64,000 bases of DNA, taken from NCBI GenBank assembly GCA_965140585.1, contig OZ223270.1:576001-640000 (forward strand). The letters are read 5' to 3'. A program made the position numbers and the translations under genes. Positions within the stretch are counted from its first letter, which is position 1; each line of letters starts with the position of its first letter. The notes under the pieces were generated by a model. That model was not told where the DNA came from. It worked only from the letters and a program-made list of their open reading frames with translations, and ran no database searches. This stretch comes from Spirochaetia bacterium (GTDB lineage: Bacteria > Spirochaetota > Spirochaetia > UBA9216). Shown in pieces: positions 47,177-57,479 of this stretch.

Positions 47177-48754
47177 ATGAACAAAAAAATAAAAGATAAT
47201 TTTGTACGCTTTATTCCTGTATTTTTGTTTGTTGCCCTACTTGTTTTAACCGGTTGCGCAACAACTGTAGATCAGGTTAAGGATGATGAGCAACAGAAAG
47301 AAGTGCTTGGCTCTATGGTTTCAACAGAATATGGTCAGTTGTTAGGACAGGATGATGATGAAAATACATGGAGCTGGAAGGGCATCCCTTTTGCAAAGCC
47401 ACCTGTCGGTGAACTGCGCTGGAAAGCCCCGGAGGATCCGGAACCATGGTCAGGTATAAAAGATGCTTCTGAGTTCAGCAATATTGGTGTTCAATATGAC
47501 GGTAATCTTGCCGAAGGACAGAAGGTTATCGGTTCAGAAGATTGCCTCTATTTGAATATCTGGCGGCCCAGAAGCCAGGAGCGGGATCTGCCGGTATATT
47601 TCTGGATCCACGGCGGCGGTAACACCATAGGTTCTGCACGAGACAATGAGGGAATGAGTATTGCAGGACGGGGAAATATGATTGTAGTCACAGTCCAGTA
47701 TCGTCTAGGTCCTTTCGGCTGGTTTACTCATCCTGATATGAGGACCGGCGGCAATGAGCTTGATAATTCAGGCAATTACGGCACCCTGGATATTATAAAG
47801 GCTCTTGAATGGGTACAGAAGAATATTTCTGCTTTCGGCGGCGATCCTGATAATGTAACGGTTGCAGGTGAATCTGCAGGAGGGCTGAATGTATTCACGA
47901 TGATCATTTCACCGCTTTCGCGGGGGCTGTTTAATAAAGCCATGATTCAAAGCGGAGACTTCTGGACAACTACGATGGCTGACGCCGATAAAGACGGTAC
48001 AAAAGTTCTCGAGACGATGCTTAAAGCCGATGAGCTCTCAGAAGTACCGGGAAATGATGTAGCCTCGTATCTAAGAAGTAAAAGCGCAGAAGAAATTATG
48101 AGCATCTACACACCGGGAGCGGCGGGCCTTATTGACCAGCGGCTGGGTGCCTACCTGGATGGAAGGGTCCTTCCTGAATCGGGTATAGCTGTTCTCTCTG
48201 ATCCTTCGGGTTACAATCAGGTGCCCATGATTATCGGAGCTAACAAGGATGAGAGAAAACTCTTTAACTTTTTCTTCTTCACTGAAGAAAATGCCGAAGC
48301 CTATCAGGCCGAGATGGAAACACTGTCTGCTGAATGGATTCGAAACGGAGTGGATCGACCGGTGTCTATGATGAGCGAAAATGCAGGGCAACCGCCGATT
48401 TACGTCTACCAGTTCAATTACGGAAGTTACGATAAGGGAGGTTATAATCCATGGCCGACAGAACAACTTGCTATACAATTCGGCTCATGCCACGCTTTGG
48501 ATATGCCGTTTTTCTGGAATGATTTTCCCTATGCTCCGTATTTCGCGCCTCTTTTTCGAGAAGATAACGCCGCCGGTTATAAGGACTTGAGTGACGCCAT
48601 GATGAGCTATGTTGCTCAATTTGTACACAACGGAGACCCCGGTTCTGTAAATGGTCAGGTCTGGCAAGCCTGGAATACCAAAGCCGGATCTTCTAGGCGT
48701 ATTCTGTTTAATGCAGACTCGGATACGGCCAAAATTGAAATGAATAATGAATAA
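47177..48754 (+). CDS. Type-B carboxylesterase lipoprotein
   Basis: Lipobox LTG|C; GIPFAKPPVGELRW, SEDCLYLNIW, WIHGGG, GESAG, CHALD. Confidence 0.93.
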   Translation: MNKKIKDNFVRFIPVFLFVALLVLTGCATTVDQVKDDEQQKEVLGSMVSTEYGQLLGQDDDENTWSWKGIPFAKPPVGELRWKAPEDPEPWSGIKDASEFSNIGVQYDGNLAEGQKVIGSEDCLYLNIWRPRSQERDLPVYFWIHGGGNTIGSARDNEGMSIAGRGNMIVVTVQYRLGPFGWFTHPDMRTGGNELDNSGNYGTLDIIKALEWVQKNISAFGGDPDNVTVAGESAGGLNVFTMIISPLSRGLFNKAMIQSGDFWTTTMADADKDGTKVLETMLKADELSEVPGNDVASYLRSKSAEEIMSIYTPGAAGLIDQRLGAYLDGRVLPESGIAVLSDPSGYNQVPMIIGANKDERKLFNFFFFTEENAEAYQAEMETLSAEWIRNGVDRPVSMMSENAGQPPIYVYQFNYGSYDKGGYNPWPTEQLAIQFGSCHALDMPFFWNDFPYAPYFAPLFREDNAAGYKDLSDAMMSYVAQFVHNGDPGSVNGQVWQAWNTKAGSSRRILFNADSDTAKIEMNNE

Positions 48755-48780
48755 AAATACTTTAATATGGAGGGCTTTTC

Positions 48781-49269
48781 ATGAATAAAAAGATAATAAA
48801 AACAATCCCATTATTTCTAATCATCATTATTCTTACCGGATGTATGTCGACACCTCATGCCTATAAGGGCGAAAAATTACAGGAAGATGAGCTGGCATTA
48901 TTATGGGGGGCCGGTGTAGGCGGGATACTGACTGTAACTGGAGTCAATGAGCGTGATGTAGACCCGTTTTTCGGTGGAGCAGTAACAGCATATGTCAAAC
49001 CGGGTATCAATAAGGTGAGGTTCTTTTATACTTCAACAGATTATTCAACCAATATAAAGACTGATGTTGATTGGGAAGTCAGCTTCAATTGTGAAAAAAA
49101 TCACACTTATATTTTTTATCCTTACTCCGAGGATGACAATGAATATTTTCTAATAGGACGTGATATGGGAACAGATTATGAATTTGATGAAAATAAACCC
49201 ATGGGTTTTGTTCAGATTGAAGCTGAACAAAAAGGCAAGCCAGTAGAATTATTTGATAATGAGAAATAA
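48781..49269 (+). CDS. Hypothetical lipoprotein
   Basis: Lipobox LTG|C; GGAGG RBS; last gene of the operon. Confidence 0.7.
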   Translation: MNKKIIKTIPLFLIIIILTGCMSTPHAYKGEKLQEDELALLWGAGVGGILTVTGVNERDVDPFFGGAVTAYVKPGINKVRFFYTSTDYSTNIKTDVDWEVSFNCEKNHTYIFYPYSEDDNEYFLIGRDMGTDYEFDENKPMGFVQIEAEQKGKPVELFDNEK

Positions 49270-49289
49270 TTGCTCATGCTGATGATGTC

Positions 49290-49358
49290 GGAATCAGGTT
49301 CAATAAGAGCTTCGGGAATTAAAACCTGAAAGGCAATATTTTTATTGAACCTGGTTCC
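49290..49358. repeat. Long hairpin between convergent genes
   Basis: GGAATCAGGTTCAATAA / TTATTGAACCTGGTTCC (17 bp, one G-T) enclosing an inner TTCGGG/CCTGAA stem. Confidence 0.6.
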
Positions 49359-49501
49359 TGGACAGAGGAAGCTCTCGACGATCCAATTGACCTCCGGTTA
49401 CAGATGCTCTGCCAGGTGTTTTGTGTTATAGTATTTAACAAGCCGGATAATTTTTCAGGTTCGTTCTTTTTCGATTTTTTTAAATATTTTAATAGCGGGA
49501 C

Positions 49502-51658
49502 TTAAATTTCAAACTGTATAATGCTGCTTGTCCCGTTATCGTTATTAATCGTAAAAGTTCCATTGAGTTGCTCCGCCAGCATTTTTACAATGGTAAGCCC
49601 GAACCCGGATGTACTATTGATTTCATCACTCGTCTCTATACCAATCCCATTATCTTTTATAGTAAGCATAATAGTATTTTTAAATTTTTTAAGATCAATA
49701 ATTACAGTTCCCCCATCCTTCCTGTTGAATGCATACTTAAATACATTTGTCATCAGTTCGTTAATAATGATGCCGACAAGAATAGCTTTTTTAGAACTAA
49801 TGATGAAATCCATTATATTTCTTGTAATAGTAATATTCTTGACTTCAGGGAAAACTAGAACAAGTACATCAATCAGACTTTCAATATAGCTTTTGATGGA
49901 AACTTCCTGATAATCATTACTAATCAATAACTTTTCATAGAGGATACGGGTACTTTGAATACGTAGAATGGATTTTTGTAAAGCAGACTTAACTTCATCA
50001 TTGGCAGCTGAATTTGCCTGCAAGGACAAAAGACCTTCTATTGTGGCAAAATTATTCTTTATACGGTGGTGAACTTCTGTAATCAGGGTTTCCTTTTCTA
50101 AAAGCTGTTGCCTAATTTCTTCTTCATTCTTCTTGCGTTCGGTGATGTCGAAACAATGTCCCATATATCCGATAAACTCGCCGTGGCTGTTGAAATTCGG
50201 TGTCCCCAAATCAAGAATAATTCTGTATTGACCGCTTGTATGGTGTAATCTGTATTCCATTTCGAAAGGTTCGCGTTTATCAAATGCGGCCACGTATGTT
50301 TCTAAACATCGGTCAAAATCATCCGGATGAACCCCTTCTGTCCAACCGTTACCCAGTTCCTGTTCCATCGTGCGGCCTGTAAATTCTAGCCACGGTTTGT
50401 TAAAATAGTTGCAAAGTTTATCGGTTCCAGATCTCCAGATTAGAGTTAATCCTGCATTAGCCATGTTTCTAAATTGCAATTCGCTTTCTTTAAGCTTATT
50501 TTCCAATCGCTTACGTTCACTAATATCTTCAAATACTGTTGCAAATTTACCTTTTTCAGGAGAAAAAATAGATATTAGAAAATGTTTCTCCATCGGCGGA
50601 AAATACACTTCAAATTGATCAATCTTTCCTGTTTCAGCGACCTTTGCATAAGTCTCCAAATATGGAGCCTCATCGGTCTGATAAACCTCTGTAGCTAATT
50701 TTCCAATAACATCTTTCTTTTTTAAGCGAAGAATTTGCTCATATCTATGATTTACATCCAGTATCTTATAATTTATTGCTTTGAGGGAATTGTCATAAAC
50801 TATTTCATGCAGACATACACCGTCAATCATAGATTCAAAGAGTAAGCGGTGTTGTTTTTCACTTCTTTGTAAATCTTCTCTAATTTTGTACTCTTCTGAT
50901 ACATCCCTGAATACCAATACCACTCCGATGGTTAAACCATTGAGATTTATTATTGGAGCAGCTGAGTCAGCTATTTGATATTCTTTCTTATCTCTGGCAA
51001 TGAGGACGGTATGATTGGCAAGCCCGATAATTTGACCGGTTTCCAATACTTTTCCAACTGGATTATCAATTGATTTACGGGTTTCTGCATTAATAATATT
51101 GAACACCTTTTTTAGAGGCATGCCAAATGCAGCTTCAAGATCCCATCCTGTTAACTTTTCTGCCACAGGATTCATATTAGAAACCATCCCTTTGGTATCT
51201 GTGGTAATAACTGCATCTCCTATGGAATTGAGAGTAATGACTAATTGTTGCCTATGTTTTTCAGTAATATTGTTAGCTTCAAAAAGCTTGAAAGCCATTT
51301 TTATGGAAGCATCAAGTACAGTAATAGAGGAGCTTTTTACGACATACCCGTAGGAAGTGATTCTTTCGGTCTTTTCAACAATCTCCGGTTCCATGTGACT
51401 CGATAGAAATACAATAGGTATGTTTTGATTCTTTAGAATTAATTCCGCGGCTTCTATTCCATCGATTCCTTTGCCTAAATCTATATCCATCAAGATAAGT
51501 TTTATTTCTGTGTTCTCTTTAGATAGTTCGATTGCGTTTTCTCCGGTGTTTGCATGAACTACCTTATAACCATACTCTTCAAGCTCTTGCTGTTGAGCCA
51601 TTGCTACTAAAAATTCATCCTCAACAAGGAGCAATGTCTTTTTATTGTCATGTTTCAT
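49502..51658 (-). CDS. Cytoplasmic hybrid kinase: receiver-PAS-PAS-PAS-HisKA_2
   Basis: LLLVEDE...ILMDIDLG; SIGDAVITTD, VHPDD PAS motifs; EVHHRIKNN, NELMTNVFKYAF, DNGIG. Confidence 0.92.
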   Translation of the reverse strand: MKHDNKKTLLLVEDEFLVAMAQQQELEEYGYKVVHANTGENAIELSKENTEIKLILMDIDLGKGIDGIEAAELILKNQNIPIVFLSSHMEPEIVEKTERITSYGYVVKSSSITVLDASIKMAFKLFEANNITEKHRQQLVITLNSIGDAVITTDTKGMVSNMNPVAEKLTGWDLEAAFGMPLKKVFNIINAETRKSIDNPVGKVLETGQIIGLANHTVLIARDKKEYQIADSAAPIINLNGLTIGVVLVFRDVSEEYKIREDLQRSEKQHRLLFESMIDGVCLHEIVYDNSLKAINYKILDVNHRYEQILRLKKKDVIGKLATEVYQTDEAPYLETYAKVAETGKIDQFEVYFPPMEKHFLISIFSPEKGKFATVFEDISERKRLENKLKESELQFRNMANAGLTLIWRSGTDKLCNYFNKPWLEFTGRTMEQELGNGWTEGVHPDDFDRCLETYVAAFDKREPFEMEYRLHHTSGQYRIILDLGTPNFNSHGEFIGYMGHCFDITERKKNEEEIRQQLLEKETLITEVHHRIKNNFATIEGLLSLQANSAANDEVKSALQKSILRIQSTRILYEKLLISNDYQEVSIKSYIESLIDVLVLVFPEVKNITITRNIMDFIISSKKAILVGIIINELMTNVFKYAFNRKDGGTVIIDLKKFKNTIMLTIKDNGIGIETSDEINSTSGFGLTIVKMLAEQLNGTFTINNDNGTSSIIQFEI

Positions 51659-51810
51659 TATTAACTACCTATTGTATTCTCTGTGATAACCATAAATCTT
51701 AATGATAACAATTTCTCAATACATGTCAAATATTATAATAATTATTTCATGAGAGTCCGCGTCCTCCAAAAATCTCCTGATAGATAGTTCTCGCGAGTTA
51801 GTTTTTTACA

Positions 51811-54348
51811 TCAAACATTAAAAGTTATTATAGTTTTTAATCCAGTCTCATTCTCCATTGTAAAACTACCGTTTAATTGTTGAACGAGCATTTTTATAAG
51901 CATTAGACCAAATCCTTTTGCTTTATCAATGTCAAAGCCCTCAGGAAGTCCGTTTCCGTTATCTTTGACAGTAAGAACAACATTTCCTGAATGCTCTTTA
52001 AGTACCACCTCAATTAAACCAAAATCTTTATTAGTAAATGAATATTTCATTATGTTAGTCAGAAGTTCGTTTACTATAAATCCAACAGGAATAAGTTGTT
52101 TTGAGTCGAGCATGAAATCATCAATCGATTTTTCAGTTCTAATATCAATATCTTTCGTGAAAAATTGTGCTAAATCATCAATTAAATTATCCAGATAAGT
52201 TTTACTTGATGCAGTTTTATAATTACCGGTAAGCAACATTTTTTCATACATTACCTTCATACTGTTTACTCTTACTACTGCATCATTCAAGGCAGAAATG
52301 GCTTCCGGGTTTGTTAAAGATTTGGATTGCAAAGATAATAGACTGGAAATACTGGCAAAATTATTTTTTATACGGTGATGAATCTCTTTGAGAATGAACT
52401 CTTTCTCTTCCAATTGGAGTTTTATTTTATTCCCCATAATTTTTCTATCGGTAATATCCTGTGTGAATCCAATTGCCCTGACCGGGTTGTCTGCTTCATC
52501 AAATTCAATCTCTGCTTTTTCCCGTACCCACTTCACGGTACCGTTAGATATAATGCGATGTTCGATATCATATGGTTCCTTCTCCAATCCTGCAATCCAC
52601 ATTTTATTAACAGACTCTAAGTCCTCAGGGTAGATATAATCCAGAAATATATCATAATTTATTTTTGTACCTATCGGGACACCAAAGATTTTATAATTTT
52701 CTTCTGTCCAGAATAAAATGTTATTTTTTATGTCCAGTTCCCAGGTTCCAATTTTTCCCAGTTCCTGCGCTTTGGAAAGATAGTATTGATTTTTTAATAA
52801 ATTTGATTCTGCCTTCGCGCGATCTGCAAGCAACCTTGATTGTTTTATGGTACTGAAACTTAATGTTGAAATGATCTTTGCGAGCTTGGAGTAAAATTGC
52901 ATGCCTACCTTTATCATATCTTTGCTGAATCGTGGTACCCGTTTGAGTGCAGCAAGATATTCTTCCTCGTCGAAACCATATTTCCGGGCATTTTTGCGGA
53001 AAAACGTTATATCCGGCACCTCTTCCTCGAGGAAATACTGACCCATAAAAATATTACCCACATGCCTTCCTCCAATTATAAGGGGGGTCACTGTGTCCCA
53101 CATATTATTTTTACAGTGGTAAGATTTAAATGTTCCTTCCGGCACTCCTTGGGTGAGGATGGTATCACTTTCTATGCAATTTTTTCGTGTTTCAGGATTG
53201 CATCTGTGGAATTTCGTGCATATATCTTGCTAGCCAACGGCAATTAAAATTTTTCCGGATATATCTAGTACAGCCCCTAACATACCGGTTAGATTATAAA
53301 AATCTTCCATTAAACTCTGCAAAGCTTCAGTGTTAATTATGTCGGAGAGCTCAAGTGAATCAATCTCTCCATCTGTTTCTGTTAAAGCTTTAAGCTTGTT
53401 CTTTATAGTAGCTTCACTTTTTTTCAGCCTTTTTTCAGCAAGCTTTTGCTTGGTTATATCAGCGAAGTTGACAACAATCTTTTCAAGTTTATTGTCAACA
53501 TTGAATAAAGGTTTAGCATTAACATTTAACCATGTAATGTCCTTTCTATCTGGACAGATTACTCCTGCTACATAATTCATTAACGGCTTTTGTGATGAAA
53601 TTACTCTATTTACCGGGTAGTCCTCGAGCTTCATTGGAGTTGAATCTTCATAAATAAATTTCCATGCCGGGTCGGTTGCATTTTTACCAATTAATTGCTC
53701 TACTGTTAAACCGAGTAATTTAGAGGCTTCTGGATTGCTTAGTATAATATTCGAATCAATGTCATGTACTATTACCCCAACAAGAAGACCTTCCACTGTA
53801 GACTTGTATTCTTTTTCCGATTTTTGCAAATTAGCTTCTGTACATATAAGTGCATCATTTGTTACATTCAGTTTGCTATTGATTTCTTCAAGTTTATCTA
53901 CAGTTACTCTTAAATCTTCATTAACTCGTTCAATTTGCATATTTCTTTTGTTTATTTCTATATGGGCGTTAAACAATTTAAAAGCCATCTTTATTGAAGC
54001 ATCTATAACCGTTATACTTGAGCTTTTTACAACATATCCGTAGGAAGTTATTTTTTCAGTCTTCTCAACTATTTCCCGTTCCATATGGCTAGATAGAAAT
54101 ATAATAGGTAGATCTTGACTATTAAGGATTATCTTAGCAGCTTCAGTACCGTCTATTCCGGCCCCTAAGTCTATATCCATCAGGATTAGATCAATATCTC
54201 TATTCTCTTTAGATTGAGCAACAGCTTTTTTACCCGTATCAACTGTTAGAACAGTATAACCATATTTTTCCAGCTCCATTTTTTTTGCCATTGCGATTAA
54301 AGCTTCGTCTTCAACAAGCAGTAATATTTTTTTATTACTATCATCCAA
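51811..54348 (-). pseudogene. Receiver-PAS-PocR-PAS-HisKA_2 kinase split by in-frame TAG at 53230-53232
   Basis: ORFs 53230..54348 and 51811..53145 are in the same frame; read-through gives ILIAVG*QDICTKFHRCNPET...CIESD, where PocR domains usually have GWQDIC. Confidence 0.85.
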
Positions 54349-54910
54349 ACCAGCTATCCTCTAAAATGTTCTGAGATATTATTATAAAGTTTACTCTACC
54401 TTGATTTGGCATGCAAATTTTTAGTAAAAAAGATCTTTCTTCAAATAATTTTCAAAACAGATCTTGGTGATATATCTGGCTGAGAGGACATTCTTTCAGT
54501 TTTGTTGATAAATACCGGGAAATCGCTAAATAACACTTAAATGATAATAATAGGTTCATCATATCTTATAAAATAGTTATGAAACCAGAGTACAAGATGA
54601 AATCAATATTTATTATTTTTCTTTTTATACAGAAATCAAGTAATTGTTAAATGAACCGTCTTTTTATCCGCATGTTCTCTTTAAGCGTAAATTTATCTTT
54701 AGTATGATAATTATCTGACAAGCATATGAAGCGCGAAAATCCGATAGATATTATCGCGGTGAAAAAATGAAAGACCCTGAGATGTTTGCGGGACAGTTTC
54801 TTTTTTAGAAACGAGCCGCTGATAAACAGAAAGGTTACGGCAGTCAGTGTGAGTGCGCCCATTATAATTACATCCTTAATAAGACGTTGTTCCGTGATTA
54901 TTTAATTTTG

Positions 54911-55618
54911 CTAATCCTCGAATTTATATCCTTGTTTTCGGATTGTTTTAATGTAAAAGGGTTCTGTTTTATCCTCACCAAGTTTCTGTCTGAGCCATGC
55001 TACGTGAACATCAACTGTTCTTGTCAGTGGCATTTTTTCATAGCCCCAAACACCATCAAGCAGATCGTCACGACTAAGAGTTTTGTTGCGGTTCTTGATA
55101 AAAAATTTTAATAGTCTGTACTCTTGAAAAGATAACTCCACTTGTCTGCTGTTTCTGAACAATGCCTTTTGTTTATAATCAAGTTTGAAAGGACCGAAGT
55201 TGTAATATTCCTCTTCAAAAGACTGATCTGCGGTTTTTCGTCTCAATAGAGCTTCAACCCTTGCAGACAGCTCGGTAAGATCAAAGGGTTTTACAAGATA
55301 ATCGTCTGCACCCATTTTAAGGCCGAGAACCCTATCAATAACTTGTGATTTGGCAGATACCATCATGACAGGGATAGTAATTCCTGCGGCTCTGAGATCT
55401 CGGCAGATCTCCAGCCCGTCTTTTTCCGGAAGCATAACATCAAGCAGAATAATATCATAACCGCCTTTTCGGGCGGTATTCCAGCCTTCAAGTCCGTTTT
55501 CACAGCAGTCTACAGTATAGCCTTCTCCGCGTAGCCTGTCGCTTACAGTCAGCAGCATTCCGGGTTCATCTTCAACGAAAAGAATTCTGTGTTTATCCAT
55601 CGTTTTCTCCATCATCAA
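54911..55618 (-). CDS. OmpR/PhoB-family response regulator
   Basis: ILFVEDE, LLDVMLP, GADDYLVKPF, TRTVDVHVAWLRQK, GYKF. Confidence 0.95.
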   Translation of the reverse strand: MMMEKTMDKHRILFVEDEPGMLLTVSDRLRGEGYTVDCCENGLEGWNTARKGGYDIILLDVMLPEKDGLEICRDLRAAGITIPVMMVSAKSQVIDRVLGLKMGADDYLVKPFDLTELSARVEALLRRKTADQSFEEEYYNFGPFKLDYKQKALFRNSRQVELSFQEYRLLKFFIKNRNKTLSRDDLLDGVWGYEKMPLTRTVDVHVAWLRQKLGEDKTEPFYIKTIRKQGYKFED

Positions 55619-57350
55619 CTTCGTTTACAAGCCGCAGTATAAACTCCGTTCCTTCTCCCGGGAGAGATGTAATAGTTACAGAACCTCCGTGCAGCTCTGC
55701 CACCTGCTTTACAAGACTAAGACCAAGCCCGCTTCCCGGAGCGGCAAGTCTGTCAGCTTCACAGCCTCTGATAAAGGGATCAAAAATCTTCTTCTGTTCG
55801 TTCTTGCTTATACCCGGTCCGTTATCTGAAACTTTTACTTCTATAAAACGTCTATCATAAGAAAAATGCCGATCAGAAGATTCACGAATTGTTAATCGAA
55901 CATATCCGCCTCGGTCTCCGTGAACAGTCGCATTCTGAAGAAGATTCGATATCGCGGCAAGAACGCCTTCCCTGTCGGCATTAAGCATGAGCCCCGGTTC
56001 TATTTTTGATTCAAACCTTATCCCTTTCTCCCTGCATAGAAGACTGAATCGCCTAATAAGCAATTCTGCCAACTCGTCAACCTGAAAAACCGTTTTATTG
56101 ATTTTTCCAAGCTGAAAACCGGAATACATTAGGATCCCTTCAACCATCCCGCTTAGCCGGCGGCCTTCATCCACAATCATTTTCCCATACTTCTGTATAT
56201 GCTCCGATTCTGTTACAAATCCCTCGGAAAGATTTGTTCCGGCATTGCAGATTACAGCAAGGGGGGTTCTAAGCTCATGAGAAACATTTGCAATAAAGGT
56301 TTGTTGTTCTTTCATGAGACCGGCTGTTCTGCGGTTATATCCAGCCAGAATGAACAACAGGACAATAAGAAGTACAACAGCTGCATAACTGAGTAAAATC
56401 GCGCCGAGTTGGATCCGGAGAGCCTCAAGTGTAACTGCCGTTTTATCTATACTAAAAACAGCCCAAACTGAGATTCCATCAATTTCGATGTTATTTCCGG
56501 GATCAAATGGATCAGAGGCTTCTTCTCCTGCATGATCACTCATTCTTACCCTCGCGGCTACAGAATAATTCAAACTTGCATCGTTTGTATAAATTTCCGG
56601 AATATCATAGCTCTCGGAAACAAAGCCTCCGTATCCGCCTGAATCAAACCTCAGGGAAGTCAATGGATAACCGTTTGATTCTGACTTAATGATTTCATCA
56701 GCCAGTTCCTGACCGCCCTCCTGAATCTCCAATGAAAAAAGCTGTCGCCCTGAGGTAGGGTTGCTTGTGACTTTAGCAGTAATTTCATCAGTAAACTGGT
56801 CACGCCATTTATTATAATCCAGCAAGATTAAACAGGTTCGGCTTTTTCCGGAGATTCGTATAAACGGTTTCTTTAAATCCGAGGTGCCGAAATACCGTGG
56901 GAGGGTATTCATATACTGAATTACAGCCTCTTGTTCTCCGGGCAAAGCTAAATAGGCTGTAATATTTTCTGGATATCCGTAAATGATTTTTCTGTTATGG
57001 CTATCTATATATATACTGTTTTCCCCGTCTTCTGTTTCTTCAGTTATAACTACCGCGGAAAGCATTTCGGGTTCCAAGCTGAATTCTTCCCAGAACTTCT
57101 GAATTTCCGGATACGCTCCGGTAATCCGTCCGATAAAATCATCTCCGTTGTAATCGAAATTAAAAAACAGCTGAATAAGCACATCCATTTCAATATAGTA
57201 ATTATTAAACCATTCTACTTCCAGGTTTTCTAGTTCACTTTCCAGATAGTCCTTTTCATTCTGAACTGATTCAATCCGCCAGAGGCTGATAATTACAACA
57301 AGAACAGTACTGACGATAAGCATCAGAAGCCTTACCCATTTCATAAACAC
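55593..57350 (-). CDS. Membrane sensor histidine kinase (HisKA)
   Basis: Two TMs; FIANVSHELRTPL, NLLQNA, DNGPGI, GSGLGL. Confidence 0.93.
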   Translation of the reverse strand: MFMKWVRLLMLIVSTVLVVIISLWRIESVQNEKDYLESELENLEVEWFNNYYIEMDVLIQLFFNFDYNGDDFIGRITGAYPEIQKFWEEFSLEPEMLSAVVITEETEDGENSIYIDSHNRKIIYGYPENITAYLALPGEQEAVIQYMNTLPRYFGTSDLKKPFIRISGKSRTCLILLDYNKWRDQFTDEITAKVTSNPTSGRQLFSLEIQEGGQELADEIIKSESNGYPLTSLRFDSGGYGGFVSESYDIPEIYTNDASLNYSVAARVRMSDHAGEEASDPFDPGNNIEIDGISVWAVFSIDKTAVTLEALRIQLGAILLSYAAVVLLIVLLFILAGYNRRTAGLMKEQQTFIANVSHELRTPLAVICNAGTNLSEGFVTESEHIQKYGKMIVDEGRRLSGMVEGILMYSGFQLGKINKTVFQVDELAELLIRRFSLLCREKGIRFESKIEPGLMLNADREGVLAAISNLLQNATVHGDRGGYVRLTIRESSDRHFSYDRRFIEVKVSDNGPGISKNEQKKIFDPFIRGCEADRLAAPGSGLGLSLVKQVAELHGGSVTITSLPGEGTEFILRLVNEVDDGENDG

Positions 57351-57405
57351 AGTTTAATCTATTCCAGTCTATGTCGGAAGCGAACAGTCATTGCTTTTTG
57401 TAATT

Positions 57406-57426
57406 CTTTACAAAGACTTTACAAAG
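57406..57426. promoter_or_regulatory. OmpR-type tandem binding site
   Basis: Perfect direct repeat CTTTACAAAG x2 with 11-bp period between the divergent TCS and exporter operon. Confidence 0.6.
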
Positions 57427-57479
57427 GCTTAATGTGATTAACAGTTCCGGGGAGTAGATTTGTTTCAATAGGTGGAGGC

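Noticed and set aside
53230-53232. Pyrrolysine or amber recoding
   Set aside because: Single TAG at a normally Trp position (one substitution from TGG); TAG is a normal stop elsewhere in the window and no pyl genes are present.
54647-54862. 71-aa ORF after the OmpR regulator
   Set aside because: Hydrophobic start suggests a gene fragment, but no recognisable family; not supportable as a CDS.
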